Of a DNA stretch of 32,000 nucleotides, positions 18,699 to 27,425 are shown in pieces. A program made the position numbers and the translations under genes. Each line of letters begins with the position of its first letter. The first letter of the stretch is position 1. The DNA lies in assembly GCF_019947135.1 (NCBI RefSeq), contig NZ_JAGSHT010000004.1:3-32002 (forward strand), given 5' to 3'. A model generated the notes under the pieces. That model had not been told where the DNA came from. It did not search any database and saw only the letters and a list, made by a program, of their open reading frames with translations. The DNA is from Occultella gossypii (GTDB lineage: Bacteria > Actinomycetota > Actinomycetes > Actinomycetales > Beutenbergiaceae).

Positions 18699-19060
18699 GG
18701 CTCTACGCGGCTCGTCGTGAAGGCGCGCTCTGATGGATGCTCGCGCTACTGCTCGAGCGGCGCCGGCGACAAGGATACGGGCTAGGTGGTCGCGGGTGTT
18801 GTGGAAGCTGCGACCGGTTCGTTTGATGTTCTTGATAGTCGTGTTCGCCGCCTCAACGTTCACGTTCGTGGCCCCGGTGACGATGGGCACGTCGATGGCA
18901 TCCCACCAGGTGACGATGGTCTCGTGGAGGCGGTCGGTCTCGGGCATGTTGACGACCTGGAGTCCGCGTCATGGTGGGCGAAGTGACGTACGTACTTGAA
19001 GGACGTGTGCCGTCGAGAGGTGCCGGCCCAAGGATCGTCACGCTGACGAGCATCCTCGCT
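18699..19060 (-). mobile_element. Relic of an ISL3-family insertion sequence: terminal inverted repeat plus a frameshifted, 5'-truncated transposase C-terminus
   Basis: Minus-strand PETDRLHETIVTWWDAIDVPIVTGATNVNVEAANTTIKNIKRTGRSFHNTRDHLARIL matches the conserved ISL3 transposase C-terminus as I remember it (..TNG.TEA.N..IK..KR.G.GFRNF.NYR.R.LL). An upstream piece (..FKYVRHFAHHDAD..) is in a different frame, with a stop between the two. GGCTCT at 18699-18704 resembles the ISL3 IR terminus. Confidence 0.6.
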
Positions 19061-19135
19061 GGCTGACTCCTTCCCGATCCGACGTCGCCCATTCGTCTCA
19101 CCTCGTCTCAGATCGTGAGCATCCCGCCCCCTTCG

Positions 19136-19164
19136 TTGATCGCCCTGTCGGTTCTCCCTAGCGT
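19136..19164 (+). promoter_or_regulatory. Possible sigma-A-type promoter for the ABC operon (-35 TTGATC, 17-nt spacer, -10 TAGCGT)
   Basis: Read directly: TTGATC at 19136-19141 and TAGCGT at 19159-19164, about 55 nt upstream of the TTG start. Pattern match only. Confidence 0.25.
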
Positions 19165-19218
19165 GACCGTTGACTGCGCCGCCCTCACTCGGCGTACCCC
19201 CCACGCATTGGAGCACCC

Positions 19219-20832
19219 TTGTCACGCAGACGTGCCCTGCCCGCGATCGTCGCGGCTGGCCTCGCCCTGACCCTCGGCCTCGCGGCGTGCAGTGCCGGGG
19301 GTGACGAAGGCGGCGGTGGTGGTGACTCGACCACCGGCACCACGGGCGAGCCCCAGGCCGGCGGCACCCTCACCTTTGCCGCGTCCCAGTCGCCCGGTTG
19401 CCTCGACCCCCAGCAGCTGGCGCAGGCCATCACCATGACGGTGGGCCGGCAGATCACCGACTCCCTCACCGTGCAGGACCCCGAGACCGGTGAGATCAAG
19501 CCGTGGCTGGCGAGCGAGTGGGAGGCTTCCGCGGACGGCACCGCGTTCACCTTCACCCTGATCGAGGGCGCCACGTTCTCCGACGGTGCCCCTGTGAACG
19601 CTGAGGCGGTCAAGGCGAACTTCGACGGCATCGTCGAACTTGGCGCCCGGTCGCTGCTCGGGTCGACGTACCTGGACGGGTTGGTCAGCACCGAGGTGGT
19701 CGATCCGCAGACGGTCACGTTCACCTTCGACGAGCCGAACGCGCAGTTCCTGCAGGCGACGGCCTCGATCACGCTCGGGCTGCTGTCCCCGGCCACGCTC
19801 GCGCTCACCCCGGAGGAGCGCTGCGCCGGTGACCTGATCGGGTCCGGGCCGTTCGTGCTCTCCGACTACGTGCAAGACGAGTCGATCACGCTGACCAAGC
19901 GGGAGGGCTACGACTGGCCGAACGCGCTGGCCGAGCACACCGGTGACGCCTACCTGGACACCGTCGTGCTGCAGCTCATCACCGAGCCGGCGGTGCGGAC
20001 CGGGTCCCTGCAGTCGGGTCAGGTGCAGGGCATCCAGGACGTGCAGCCGGTGGACCAGGACCTCTTCGACGGCGGCGAGTTCAGCCTGCTCACCCAGGCC
20101 AACCCCGGGATCGTGACCGGGTTCGTCCCGAACACCCAGCGCCCCGCCATGGCCGACCCGGCCGTGCGGGACGCACTGCAGGTCGCGATCAACCGGCAGG
20201 AGACCGTCGACACCCTCTACAACGACCGGTACCTGCCGGCCACCTCCGTGCTGGCCGGCACCACCCCGGGCTACCTGGATCTGACCGCCGAACTCGCATA
20301 CGACCCGGAGACAGCGATCGAACTGCTCGACGGCGCCGGCTGGGTGGCGGGCGCGGACGGGATCCGCGTCAAGGACGGTGAGCCGCTCACGCTGAGCCTG
20401 CTCGGCGGGGGACCGGAGTCCGCCCTCGTGCAGCAGCAACTGGCAGCCGTGGGAATCGACCTGCAGATCCGGCAGGTGGACGCCGCGCAGTACGTGGAGA
20501 TCCAGTCCAGCGGCGACTACGACCTGGCCGGCTACAACCTCACCCGCGCCGACCCGGACGTGCTCAAGGCGATCTTCTCCACCGAGTACACGAACGTGCC
20601 CCGGCTGGAGGCGAATCCGCTCGATGACACGCTCGCCGAGATGTCGGTGACCCTGGACACCGACGCCCGCAACGAGCTCGCCGGGCAGGCCCAGCAGACC
20701 ATCATCGGCGAGGGCTACAACATCCCCCTTGTGGAGCAGTTCCAGGTGTTCGCGTTCAGTTCCGACGTGCAGGGCATCACCCTTGAGGCGTCCACCCGCC
20801 TCAGTTTCTACGACACGTGGCTGGAGAACTGA
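19219..20832 (+). CDS. ABC transporter substrate-binding lipoprotein, peptide/nickel (family 5, DppA/OppA-like)
   Basis: TTG start with GGAG 6 nt upstream. The N-terminus MSRRRALPAIVAAGLALTLGLAACSAGG has a twin-Arg-like signal and a LAAC lipobox. Size and composition fit family 5 binding proteins, and the permease and ATPase genes follow. Confidence 0.85.
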   Translation: MSRRRALPAIVAAGLALTLGLAACSAGGDEGGGGGDSTTGTTGEPQAGGTLTFAASQSPGCLDPQQLAQAITMTVGRQITDSLTVQDPETGEIKPWLASEWEASADGTAFTFTLIEGATFSDGAPVNAEAVKANFDGIVELGARSLLGSTYLDGLVSTEVVDPQTVTFTFDEPNAQFLQATASITLGLLSPATLALTPEERCAGDLIGSGPFVLSDYVQDESITLTKREGYDWPNALAEHTGDAYLDTVVLQLITEPAVRTGSLQSGQVQGIQDVQPVDQDLFDGGEFSLLTQANPGIVTGFVPNTQRPAMADPAVRDALQVAINRQETVDTLYNDRYLPATSVLAGTTPGYLDLTAELAYDPETAIELLDGAGWVAGADGIRVKDGEPLTLSLLGGGPESALVQQQLAAVGIDLQIRQVDAAQYVEIQSSGDYDLAGYNLTRADPDVLKAIFSTEYTNVPRLEANPLDDTLAEMSVTLDTDARNELAGQAQQTIIGEGYNIPLVEQFQVFAFSSDVQGITLEASTRLSFYDTWLEN

Positions 20833-20834
20833 AC

Positions 20835-21299
20835 ATGACACTGACCCTGCAGGAGATCTCCGACCGGATCGAGATCACCGACACCATCACCCGCTACTCC
20901 TACGGCCTGGACCAGCGCATCTGGCCGGAGTGGGACCGCACCTTCACCCCGGACGCGGTCCTGGACTTCTCCGCCGTCGGGATGTCCGAGCACAGCCCGG
21001 CCGAACTGCGCGCCATCTTCACGCAAGGCGACGCGACCCGGATCCCGGTGGGCCAGCACCTGCTGCACAACACTGTGATCGAGGTGGACGGGGACCGCGC
21101 CACGGCCCGCTCGGAGTACACCATGACCACGCACTCGCGCACCGAGACCGAGGGCAAGGCCCGCCGCGTCCAGGGCGGCGGCTGGTACTCCGACGAACTG
21201 GTCCGAACCGACGCCGGCTGGCGGATCACCCGCCGCACCGCCAACTCCAAGTGGATCGACGTGGTCGAGGTGGACTGGGCCGCACCCGTGTCGGACTGA
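20835..21299 (+). CDS. SnoaL-like / NTF2-fold family protein (154 aa)
   Basis: MTLTLQEISDRIEITDTITRYSYGLDQRIWPEWDRTFTPDAVLDFS... is a typical SnoaL_4-type N-terminus. It starts 2 nt after the binding-protein stop, and its stop overlaps the permease ATG (TGATG at 21297-21301). Confidence 0.7.
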   Translation: MTLTLQEISDRIEITDTITRYSYGLDQRIWPEWDRTFTPDAVLDFSAVGMSEHSPAELRAIFTQGDATRIPVGQHLLHNTVIEVDGDRATARSEYTMTTHSRTETEGKARRVQGGGWYSDELVRTDAGWRITRRTANSKWIDVVEVDWAAPVSD

Positions 21300-22249
21300 T
21301 GGGCCTCTACCTGCTGCGCCGCCTCGGGCAGGCGGCGGTGGTGCTGTGGGCGGCGTTCACGGTCAGCTTCGTGATCTTGTACATGCTGCCCGGGGACCCG
21401 GTCGCGATCATGCTGAACCCGGGCGGCCAGGCCACCTACGTCGACCCCGAGGCTGAGGCGGCGCTGCGCGCGGAACTGGGCTTCGACAAGCCGCTCATCG
21501 AGCAGTACTTCACCCGGCTGATCGCGGCCGTGCAGGGGGACTTCGGCACCTCGATCCGCACCGGTGAACCGGTCCTGAACTCCCTCGGCGGCGCGCTGCC
21601 AGAGACCCTGAAACTGGCCGGGGCGAGCCTGCTGCTCGCGATCACCCTCGGCATGGCGCTGGCCCTGACCGCCACGTTCATGCGGGCGAAATGGCTGCGC
21701 GAGGCGCTGCTGTCGCTGCCGCCGCTGGCGATCTCGCTGCCGGGGTTCTGGGTCGGTCTGATGCTGCTGCAGGTGTTCTCGTTCGGGTTGGGATGGTTCC
21801 CGGCGTTCGGGAACGACGGCGTCGCCTCGCTCGTGCTGCCGGCCATCACCCTGGGTGTGCCGACCGGCGCCGTGGTGGCGCAGGTGCTCGCGAACTCCCT
21901 GGGCGCGACCTGGCGGCAACCGTTCGTGGAGGTGGCCCGCGCGAAGGGCGTCAGCCGGCTGCGCACCCACTTGGTGCACGTGCTGCGCAACGCGGCCATC
22001 CCGTCGCTGACCATCGTCGGGCTGATCGTGGGCAGCTCCCTGGCCGGCGCGGTGGTGGTGGAGACCGTGTACTCGCGCTCCGGCGTCGGCCGGCTGCTGC
22101 AGGGCGCCGTGGCCGAGCAGGACATCCCGATGGTGCAGGGCCTGGTCCTCGTCTCGGCGGTCGCGTTCGTGGTGGTCAACCTGCTCGTGGACCTCACCTA
22201 CCCGCTCGTGGATCCAAGGATCACTACCCGACGGCGGGTGGGCGCGTGA
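21299..22249 (+). CDS. ABC transporter permease (DppB/OppB-like, 316 aa)
   Basis: MGLYLLRRLGQAAVVLWAAFTVSFVILYMLPGDPV... is the classic DppB N-terminus. Multiple hydrophobic spans. GTGA overlap with the next gene. Confidence 0.88.
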   Translation: MGLYLLRRLGQAAVVLWAAFTVSFVILYMLPGDPVAIMLNPGGQATYVDPEAEAALRAELGFDKPLIEQYFTRLIAAVQGDFGTSIRTGEPVLNSLGGALPETLKLAGASLLLAITLGMALALTATFMRAKWLREALLSLPPLAISLPGFWVGLMLLQVFSFGLGWFPAFGNDGVASLVLPAITLGVPTGAVVAQVLANSLGATWRQPFVEVARAKGVSRLRTHLVHVLRNAAIPSLTIVGLIVGSSLAGAVVVETVYSRSGVGRLLQGAVAEQDIPMVQGLVLVSAVAFVVVNLLVDLTYPLVDPRITTRRRVGA

Positions 22250-23208
22250 GCGACATCGTCACCGTTTCCGCGGCGGAAGAGGGCAACGTCGGTGCCTCCG
22301 GCGCCGCAGGCGCCGCAGGCGCCGAACCTACTCGCGGCACCGGCGGCCGCAGCGGGCCTGCAGAACCCAGCCTCCGCCGTCGAGCAGGGTCTGGGGCCGT
22401 TGCGGCATTCCTGCGCCCCGGGCTGATCCTGTCCGTCCTGGTCCTCCTCGTGGTGATCGGGTGGGCGTTGGTGCCGACCTGGTTCACCAGCGTCGACCCG
22501 CTCACCGGCGTGCCCGCGGAGAAGTTCACCCCGCCCGGCGCGGCGCACTGGTTCGGCACCGACGAGACCGGCCGGGACCTGTACGCCCGCACCGTGCACG
22601 GCGCCGGGCTGTCCCTGCAGGCCACCGTGATCGCCGTCGCCATCGCGATGTTCGTGGGCACCACGATCGGGATGGTGTCCGGGTTCGTCGGCGGCGTGGT
22701 CGACGACGTGCTGATGCGGGTGGTCGACGTGCTCCTGGCCATCCCCGGGCTGCTGCTGTCCCTGATGATCGTGGCCGCCCTCGGGTTCGGCACCACGAAA
22801 GTCGCGATCGCGGTCGGCGTGGCCGGGATCGCGTCGTTCGCCCGGGTGGCCCGCGGTGAGGTGCTGCGGGTGCGCAACGCCCCGTACGTGGAGGCGGCGT
22901 TCGCCTCCGGGGTGCGCTGGCCGGGGGTGCTCGCCCGGCACGTGCTGCCCAACAGCGCCGGGCCGCTGGTCTCCCTCGCCACCCTGGACTTCGGCACCGC
23001 GATCCTGTCCGTGTCCGCGCTGAGCTTCCTCGGCTACGGGGAGATGCCACCGACGCCCGAGTGGGGCGTGCTGATCTCCGACGGGCGCAACTACCTCGCC
23101 TCCGCGTGGTGGCTCACCACCCTGCCGGGCCTGGTGATCGTGGCCGTGGTCCTCGCGTTCAACCGGATCAGCCGCGCCCTGAGCGCGTGGAGTGGGGGAG
23201 AGCGATGA
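22246..23208 (+). CDS. ABC transporter permease (DppC/OppC-like, 320 aa)
   Basis: HWFGTDETGRDLYARTVHGA and DDVLMRVVDVLLAIPGLLL motifs are typical of DppC. ATGA overlap with the ATPase gene at 23205-23208. Confidence 0.85.
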   Translation: MSDIVTVSAAEEGNVGASGAAGAAGAEPTRGTGGRSGPAEPSLRRRAGSGAVAAFLRPGLILSVLVLLVVIGWALVPTWFTSVDPLTGVPAEKFTPPGAAHWFGTDETGRDLYARTVHGAGLSLQATVIAVAIAMFVGTTIGMVSGFVGGVVDDVLMRVVDVLLAIPGLLLSLMIVAALGFGTTKVAIAVGVAGIASFARVARGEVLRVRNAPYVEAAFASGVRWPGVLARHVLPNSAGPLVSLATLDFGTAILSVSALSFLGYGEMPPTPEWGVLISDGRNYLASAWWLTTLPGLVIVAVVLAFNRISRALSAWSGGER

Positions 23209-24842
23209 CCGCGGTGCTGACGATCGAGGGCCTGCGCGCCGGGTACCGGACCCGGGACGGGTTCACCGAGGCCGTGCAGGGCGTGGACCTGGAGTTGGGC
23301 GCCGGGGAGGTGCTCGCCGTGGTGGGGGAGTCCGGCTCCGGGAAGAGCACCCTGGCGCAGTCTGTGATTGGGCTGCTGCCAGGGAACGGTGTGGTGACGG
23401 GTGGGCGGATCCTGCTCGGCGACCGGGACATCACGGCGCTGGGAGGGCGGGCCATGGACCAGGTCCGCGGCGCCCAGATCGGGCTGGTGCCGCAGGACCC
23501 GGGGGTGTCGTTGAACCCGGTGCACCGGGTCGGCCGGCAGATCGCCGAGGTGCTCAAGGTGCACCGGCTCGCCCGCGGGGAGGCGGCTCTTGCTCGCGCC
23601 GTGGAGATTCTGGCTTCGGTCGGGATTCCGGATCCGGAGGTACGAGCCCGCCAGTACCCGCATGAGCTCTCCGGCGGGCTGCGCCAACGGGTGCTGATCG
23701 GGATGGCCCTGGCCGCCCGGCCACCGCTGGTGATCGCCGACGAGCCGACGTCCGCGCTGGACGTCACGGTGCAGCGGGTGGTCCTGGACCACTTCGCGCG
23801 GGTGATCGCCGAGACCGGGACGTCGGTGCTGTTCATCACCCACGACCTGGCCGTGGCCGCGGACCGGGCGGACCGGATCGTGGTGATGCAGGGCGGGCGG
23901 ATCGTGGAGACAGGGCACGCGCGGCAGGTGTTGACCGACCCGCAGCACGAGTACACGAGGGTGCTGCTCGCGGCGGCGCCGTCGCTGACTGGCACTCGGC
24001 TGATCGGGACCTCTCCTGCGCCGGGCGAGCGGACGCCGTCGGGCGCTGTTGAACGCGAGCCGGCGCTCGAGGTGAGCGACCTCGTCAAGGACTTTCCGCT
24101 GCCCGGGCGGCGGGAGCCGCTGCGGGCGGTGGACGCGGTGTCCTTCACGATCCCGGCGGGGTCGACGTTCGCGTTGGTGGGGGAGTCGGGGTCCGGGAAA
24201 TCGACCACCGCACGGATGGCGACCCTGCTCGAGCGGCCCACGTCGGGCCAGGTGCGGATCGCCGGTCGAGACGTGACCGGGCTGCGCGGGGAGGCGCTGC
24301 GGCAGCTGCGGGCCAGCGTGCAGGTGGTCTATCAGAACCCGTACGCGTCGCTGGATCCGCGGTTCAGCGTGGAGCGGATCATCGCCGAGCCGTTGCGGGC
24401 GTTCCGGGTCGGGTCCTCCTCGGACCGGGCAGCGCGGGTGGCGGAGCTCTTGGATCAGGTGGCGCTGCCTGCGTCGATGGCGTCGCGGCGGCCTGCGGAG
24501 CTCTCGGGCGGGCAGCGGCAGCGGGTGGCGATCGCGCGGGCGCTGGCGTTGCGGCCGGATCTGGTGGTGCTGGACGAGCCGGTGTCTGCGTTGGATGTGT
24601 CGGTGCAGCAGCAGATTCTTGAGCTGCTCGTGGACCTGCAGACCGAACTTGGGCTCAGCTACCTGTTCATCTCCCACGACCTGGCCGTGGTGCGGCAGGT
24701 GTCGAACACGGTCGGGGTGATGTGGAAGGGGCGGATCGTGGAGGCTGGGGCGACGCAGGCGCTGTTCGATGATCCGCAGCATGAGTACACGCGGGAGTTG
24801 TTGGAGGCGATCCCGGGGCGGGGTGCTGGGGCAGTGCCGTAA
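23205..24842 (+). CDS. Fused double ABC ATPase (DppD-DppF-like, 545 aa)
   Basis: Two complete nucleotide-binding domains: Walker A GESGSGKST twice, signatures LSGGLRQR and LSGGQRQR, and Walker B LVIADEPTSALD and LVVLDEPVSALD. Confidence 0.92.
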   Translation: MTAVLTIEGLRAGYRTRDGFTEAVQGVDLELGAGEVLAVVGESGSGKSTLAQSVIGLLPGNGVVTGGRILLGDRDITALGGRAMDQVRGAQIGLVPQDPGVSLNPVHRVGRQIAEVLKVHRLARGEAALARAVEILASVGIPDPEVRARQYPHELSGGLRQRVLIGMALAARPPLVIADEPTSALDVTVQRVVLDHFARVIAETGTSVLFITHDLAVAADRADRIVVMQGGRIVETGHARQVLTDPQHEYTRVLLAAAPSLTGTRLIGTSPAPGERTPSGAVEREPALEVSDLVKDFPLPGRREPLRAVDAVSFTIPAGSTFALVGESGSGKSTTARMATLLERPTSGQVRIAGRDVTGLRGEALRQLRASVQVVYQNPYASLDPRFSVERIIAEPLRAFRVGSSSDRAARVAELLDQVALPASMASRRPAELSGGQRQRVAIARALALRPDLVVLDEPVSALDVSVQQQILELLVDLQTELGLSYLFISHDLAVVRQVSNTVGVMWKGRIVEAGATQALFDDPQHEYTRELLEAIPGRGAGAVP

Positions 24843-25424
24843 GCAGGTCACCAATCTTGGCTCCAGTTTGGAGGAAGCGGAAACGCCCATGCCTTTGGTC
24901 GCGGTCACGATCAAGCGTCGGTCGTGGCGCTCGGCAACCCAGCCGAGGACGCGTTCGTCGGGCTCGGTGTCACCGGTTAGCGGGTGACGGTTTAACGGCC
25001 GAAATGAACGTTCGGACGACCATCTCGTTGTGGACAATCGTGGAGTCAGCGAAAATCTCGTCGGGAGGAGGCGGCATGCGGGCGGCACGGTGATCACCAA
25101 GAGTGCCTCGTGGGCAGCTCTGGTAGCCGGCCCGGCGCACCGCGCCAGGCAAATGCATCGACCCGGACCGCGAATCAGCAGCGCACGCTCGACCAGCTCG
25201 ACGCCATCGGGACCAAGACCGCTGCCGAGTAGGTACAAGAAGTCATCGCCGAGGACGCCGCCTGTAGCCGTATGTCTGAGGGTCGGGCGAATGAACTACG
25301 ACGCGACGTGCGGGCACCGAGAGTCGGACCAGTCAGAGGGCGACCGTCGGCTGCCGCGGCCGGAATCAAGAAGTGCGGCCAATCTGGCTCACACTCTCGC
25401 GGCCTTCCGGTACGGTCACGTTCT

Positions 25425-25658
25425 GTGAAGCCTTGGAAGGACGACATCGTGGAGTCAGTTCGGGCGTTGGGCGGGGAGGCGGACCTGTCCGAGATCTACG
25501 AACGCGTCGCTCAACGGCGAAACCCGCTGCCGAAGTCTTGGCAGGCGATTATTCGCAACGCAATCGAGTCCCATTCGTCCGACTCGGACAACTTCCGGGG
25601 TGAGGACCTCTTCTATTCCGCCAAGGGCCGGGGCGGCGGACGATGGGGCCTCCGATGA
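25425..25658 (+). CDS. Small winged-helix protein resembling Mrr-N / HARE-HTH-type DNA-binding domains
   Basis: ..IVESVRALGGEADLSEIYERVAQRRNPLPKSWQAIIRNAIESHSSDSDNFRGEDLFYSAKGRGGGRWGLR follows the pattern seen at N-termini of Mrr-like restriction proteins. The start is uncertain: GTG 25425, or GTG 25449, which has GGAAGGA upstream. Confidence 0.45.
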   Translation: MKPWKDDIVESVRALGGEADLSEIYERVAQRRNPLPKSWQAIIRNAIESHSSDSDNFRGEDLFYSAKGRGGGRWGLR

Positions 25659-26043
25659 GCGGACAGCCGCGAACGCTCCCGCAATGAGGGTGTTGTCGGG
25701 TAACGGCGCTCAGACACCGGCGGAGGGACCATTCCCGACCTCGATGCGATCGGCGACCAACTACTGGACTTCCACCGAGTTTTCGACCTGGTGCGCAGCC
25801 GACGTTGGAGGTCGCCCCGGAGCGTGCCGCATTGCGGCTGCGCCGAGTAGTCGCGGAGCTCAGGGACGCGATGGACCGGTCTGACCTCGTCGCAACCGGG
25901 GACGCGCCTACTGACATCACCTATAGGCGGTGTTAGTGCTGCGGTGACCTGGCATTGACCTCGAGGGCGTGGTGCGCGAGGTCCACCAGTCGAACATGAT
26001 CAAGTTTGACTCGCGGGGCGCAACCTTCTGCGGGTGGACGAGG

Positions 26044-26694
26044 TCACGGAAGGATCGTCTCGACGAGAGTTCCTTGGTGCCAGCGCGCGACGTTAACGAC
26101 CGAGGGCGCGACGTCAGCCTGACCGCACACCGTGAGTTCCCGGACTGCGTCCTTGCCGCGCTTCCGCCTCCATGCCTCCCACGGGTACTGCTCAAGTGGC
26201 GTAAAGATACTTGGCCCGCGCTTAGGCATGTTCGGCACATGGATGGATCCGGTGTTGTATGGCGCGAGTTCCACGGCAGGGTGGGACTCGAGGAATATCG
26301 CAGTGTCAAGCGTCAAGACATGTTGTGGGTGTGTTCGGTACATCCGCGCGCGGAGTAGACGTTGAAGGTCGCTCTCGTTTACGTGGAAGAACACCCGGGC
26401 GTTGAGGGCGTTCAGGTAGTCCTGTTCACTCACTCCTGGTTCTAGGCAGACGCTGAGGAACTTCAATGGTCTCTGGTCGCGTACGGTCGCTTCGGGGAAC
26501 CCTGCTCGGGTCAACACGTGGCTGGTGCGTCGGACACTGTCCAAGATCTCAGCGCGGACGTGGACCGGCGGCCGGTACCGGTCGAGTAACGCCCGAGTGC
26601 TGAGCAAACCGTGCTCTCGAATGGAAGGCCACGAGCCATCGGCCGCCGTATGGAAGAGCCGCGGGTACTTGGCTATGAAGTCGGATCGTTCCAT
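26044..26694 (-). CDS. Hypothetical protein with a possible ADP-ribosyltransferase-superfamily fold (DarT/DUF4433- or Tpt1/KptA-like)
   Basis: Intact 216-aa ORF with AGGAG before the ATG. It shows an ordered H...aromatic...E arrangement: RLFHTAADGSWPSIREHGLLS near the N-terminus, ARVFFHVNE mid-protein, and AVRELTVCG near the C-terminus. This is reminiscent of DarT (YHiTh..NL.sI...G.L / YVPFYF / aEFLV). Confidence 0.4.
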   Translation of the reverse strand: MERSDFIAKYPRLFHTAADGSWPSIREHGLLSTRALLDRYRPPVHVRAEILDSVRRTSHVLTRAGFPEATVRDQRPLKFLSVCLEPGVSEQDYLNALNARVFFHVNESDLQRLLRARMYRTHPQHVLTLDTAIFLESHPAVELAPYNTGSIHVPNMPKRGPSIFTPLEQYPWEAWRRKRGKDAVRELTVCGQADVAPSVVNVARWHQGTLVETILP

Positions 26695-26704
26695 GAGCTC
26701 CTAC

Positions 26705-27217
26705 TTGTGTCAGCGTCGGACGGCGCACCAAGCCCGAGAGCAGAGGATGCCGCGTCCGGAAGAAGTTGCGGTCAACGAAACCGCGGCACCGGGGGCGCTA
26801 TCGACGTCCTCGAAGAACTGTAGCGTCCCGGTGAGTTGCTTGTTCCGGTAGGCCTCGGGGTGTTGGACCGAGATGTGGTCCGCGGGCAACGCGCCATCCG
26901 TCCGAGTTCAGCTGGCGGAACGGCGTCGGATCGTCCAGTGGAATGACGCGACGGGACGCGCTCAGGCAGCCAGTCCTTGTTTGCTCGTGGGCTCCCCGGG
27001 CTTTCGCAGTACTTCACCTGGAAGACGTGGTGGCCATCCCACGACGCGCCCACGATGCCTGCACCTCAGCCGACGTAATCCCCGTAAGAGTCGCGTTTCG
27101 ACCGTTGTCCGTGCCTGTACCGAGGATCGTGGCGTCGGGTCCGTAGTGGCAGATGAGTACGGATTTCACCATGCGCTCGAACTCTTGCGCACCGAGTTCC
27201 TCGATTGCGTAGCGCAC
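26705..27217 (-). pseudogene. Decayed N-terminal fragment of an Mrr-like (restriction-endonuclease-fold) domain gene with at least 3 frameshifts
   Basis: Hand translation. Frame 1 gives VRYAIEELGAQEFERMVKSVLICHYGPDATILGTGTDNGRNATLTG.... The next frame gives ..WDGHHVFQVKYCESPG..KDWL (the FE..v..ll / g.g.D.GrDa / W..Q.Ky pattern). Further shifts give ..IPLDDPTPFRQLNSDGW.. and ..HISVQHPEAYRNKQLTGTLQFFEDV... No single frame is open across the region. Confidence 0.55.
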
Positions 27218-27425
27218 AGTTTCACAACCGCCCTTCGGAGGTATTGCATCACATCGCTCAAGCGATCTTCACTTCCCACGGTAGCGATTCTAGGTGAGGC
27301 CCGGTGGACATTGGGGCCTACAACTGGGGCATCTGGGAAAACGCGCCGTCTCAGCGGGCAACGCGTGCGCTCGCCCAAGAGGCATTGTCCTGATCCGGAA
27401 GGTGGTCGCCCGCGAACGTCACTCG

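Noticed and set aside
19222-20841. 539-aa minus-strand ORF exactly antisense to the substrate-binding protein gene. There are similar ORFs at 20900-21979 and 23091-25238 antisense to the permease and ATPase genes.
   Set aside because: The sense strand encodes textbook ABC components. The antisense translations are low-complexity R/G/H/P-rich, as expected from GC3-rich coding DNA read backwards.
20729-22249. ORF-track calls that extend the permease genes far upstream (20729-22249, 21691-23208) and the ATPase gene (23061-24842)
   Set aside because: The upstream extensions overlap neighbouring genes and translate to Arg/Pro-rich nonsense. Internal starts at 21299, 22246 and 23205 give canonical N-termini and 4-nt coupled junctions.
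22301-22327. Imperfect tandem 9-bp repeat (gcgccgcag, 2.7 copies) encoding AAGAAGA near the 5' end of the second permease gene
   Set aside because: It is a short low-complexity Ala/Gly linker in a cytoplasmic N-terminal tail. There is no evidence of function.
24843-25424. About 580 bp after the ABC ATPase with minus-strand fragments (..DGVELVERALLIRG.., ..DEIFADS.., ..PLTGDTEPDERVLGW..) that loosely recall a serine recombinase/resolvase
   Set aside because: The matches are short, scattered over three frames, and do not line up convincingly with resolvase motifs (no clear YxRVS, no LDRLGR). They may be a dead mobile-element gene, but I cannot support a call.
25272-25424. Upstream ATG extension of the winged-helix ORF (128-aa version)
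   Set aside because: The extension is Arg/Gly/Ser-rich with no structure-like pattern. The recognisable domain begins near 25425-25449.
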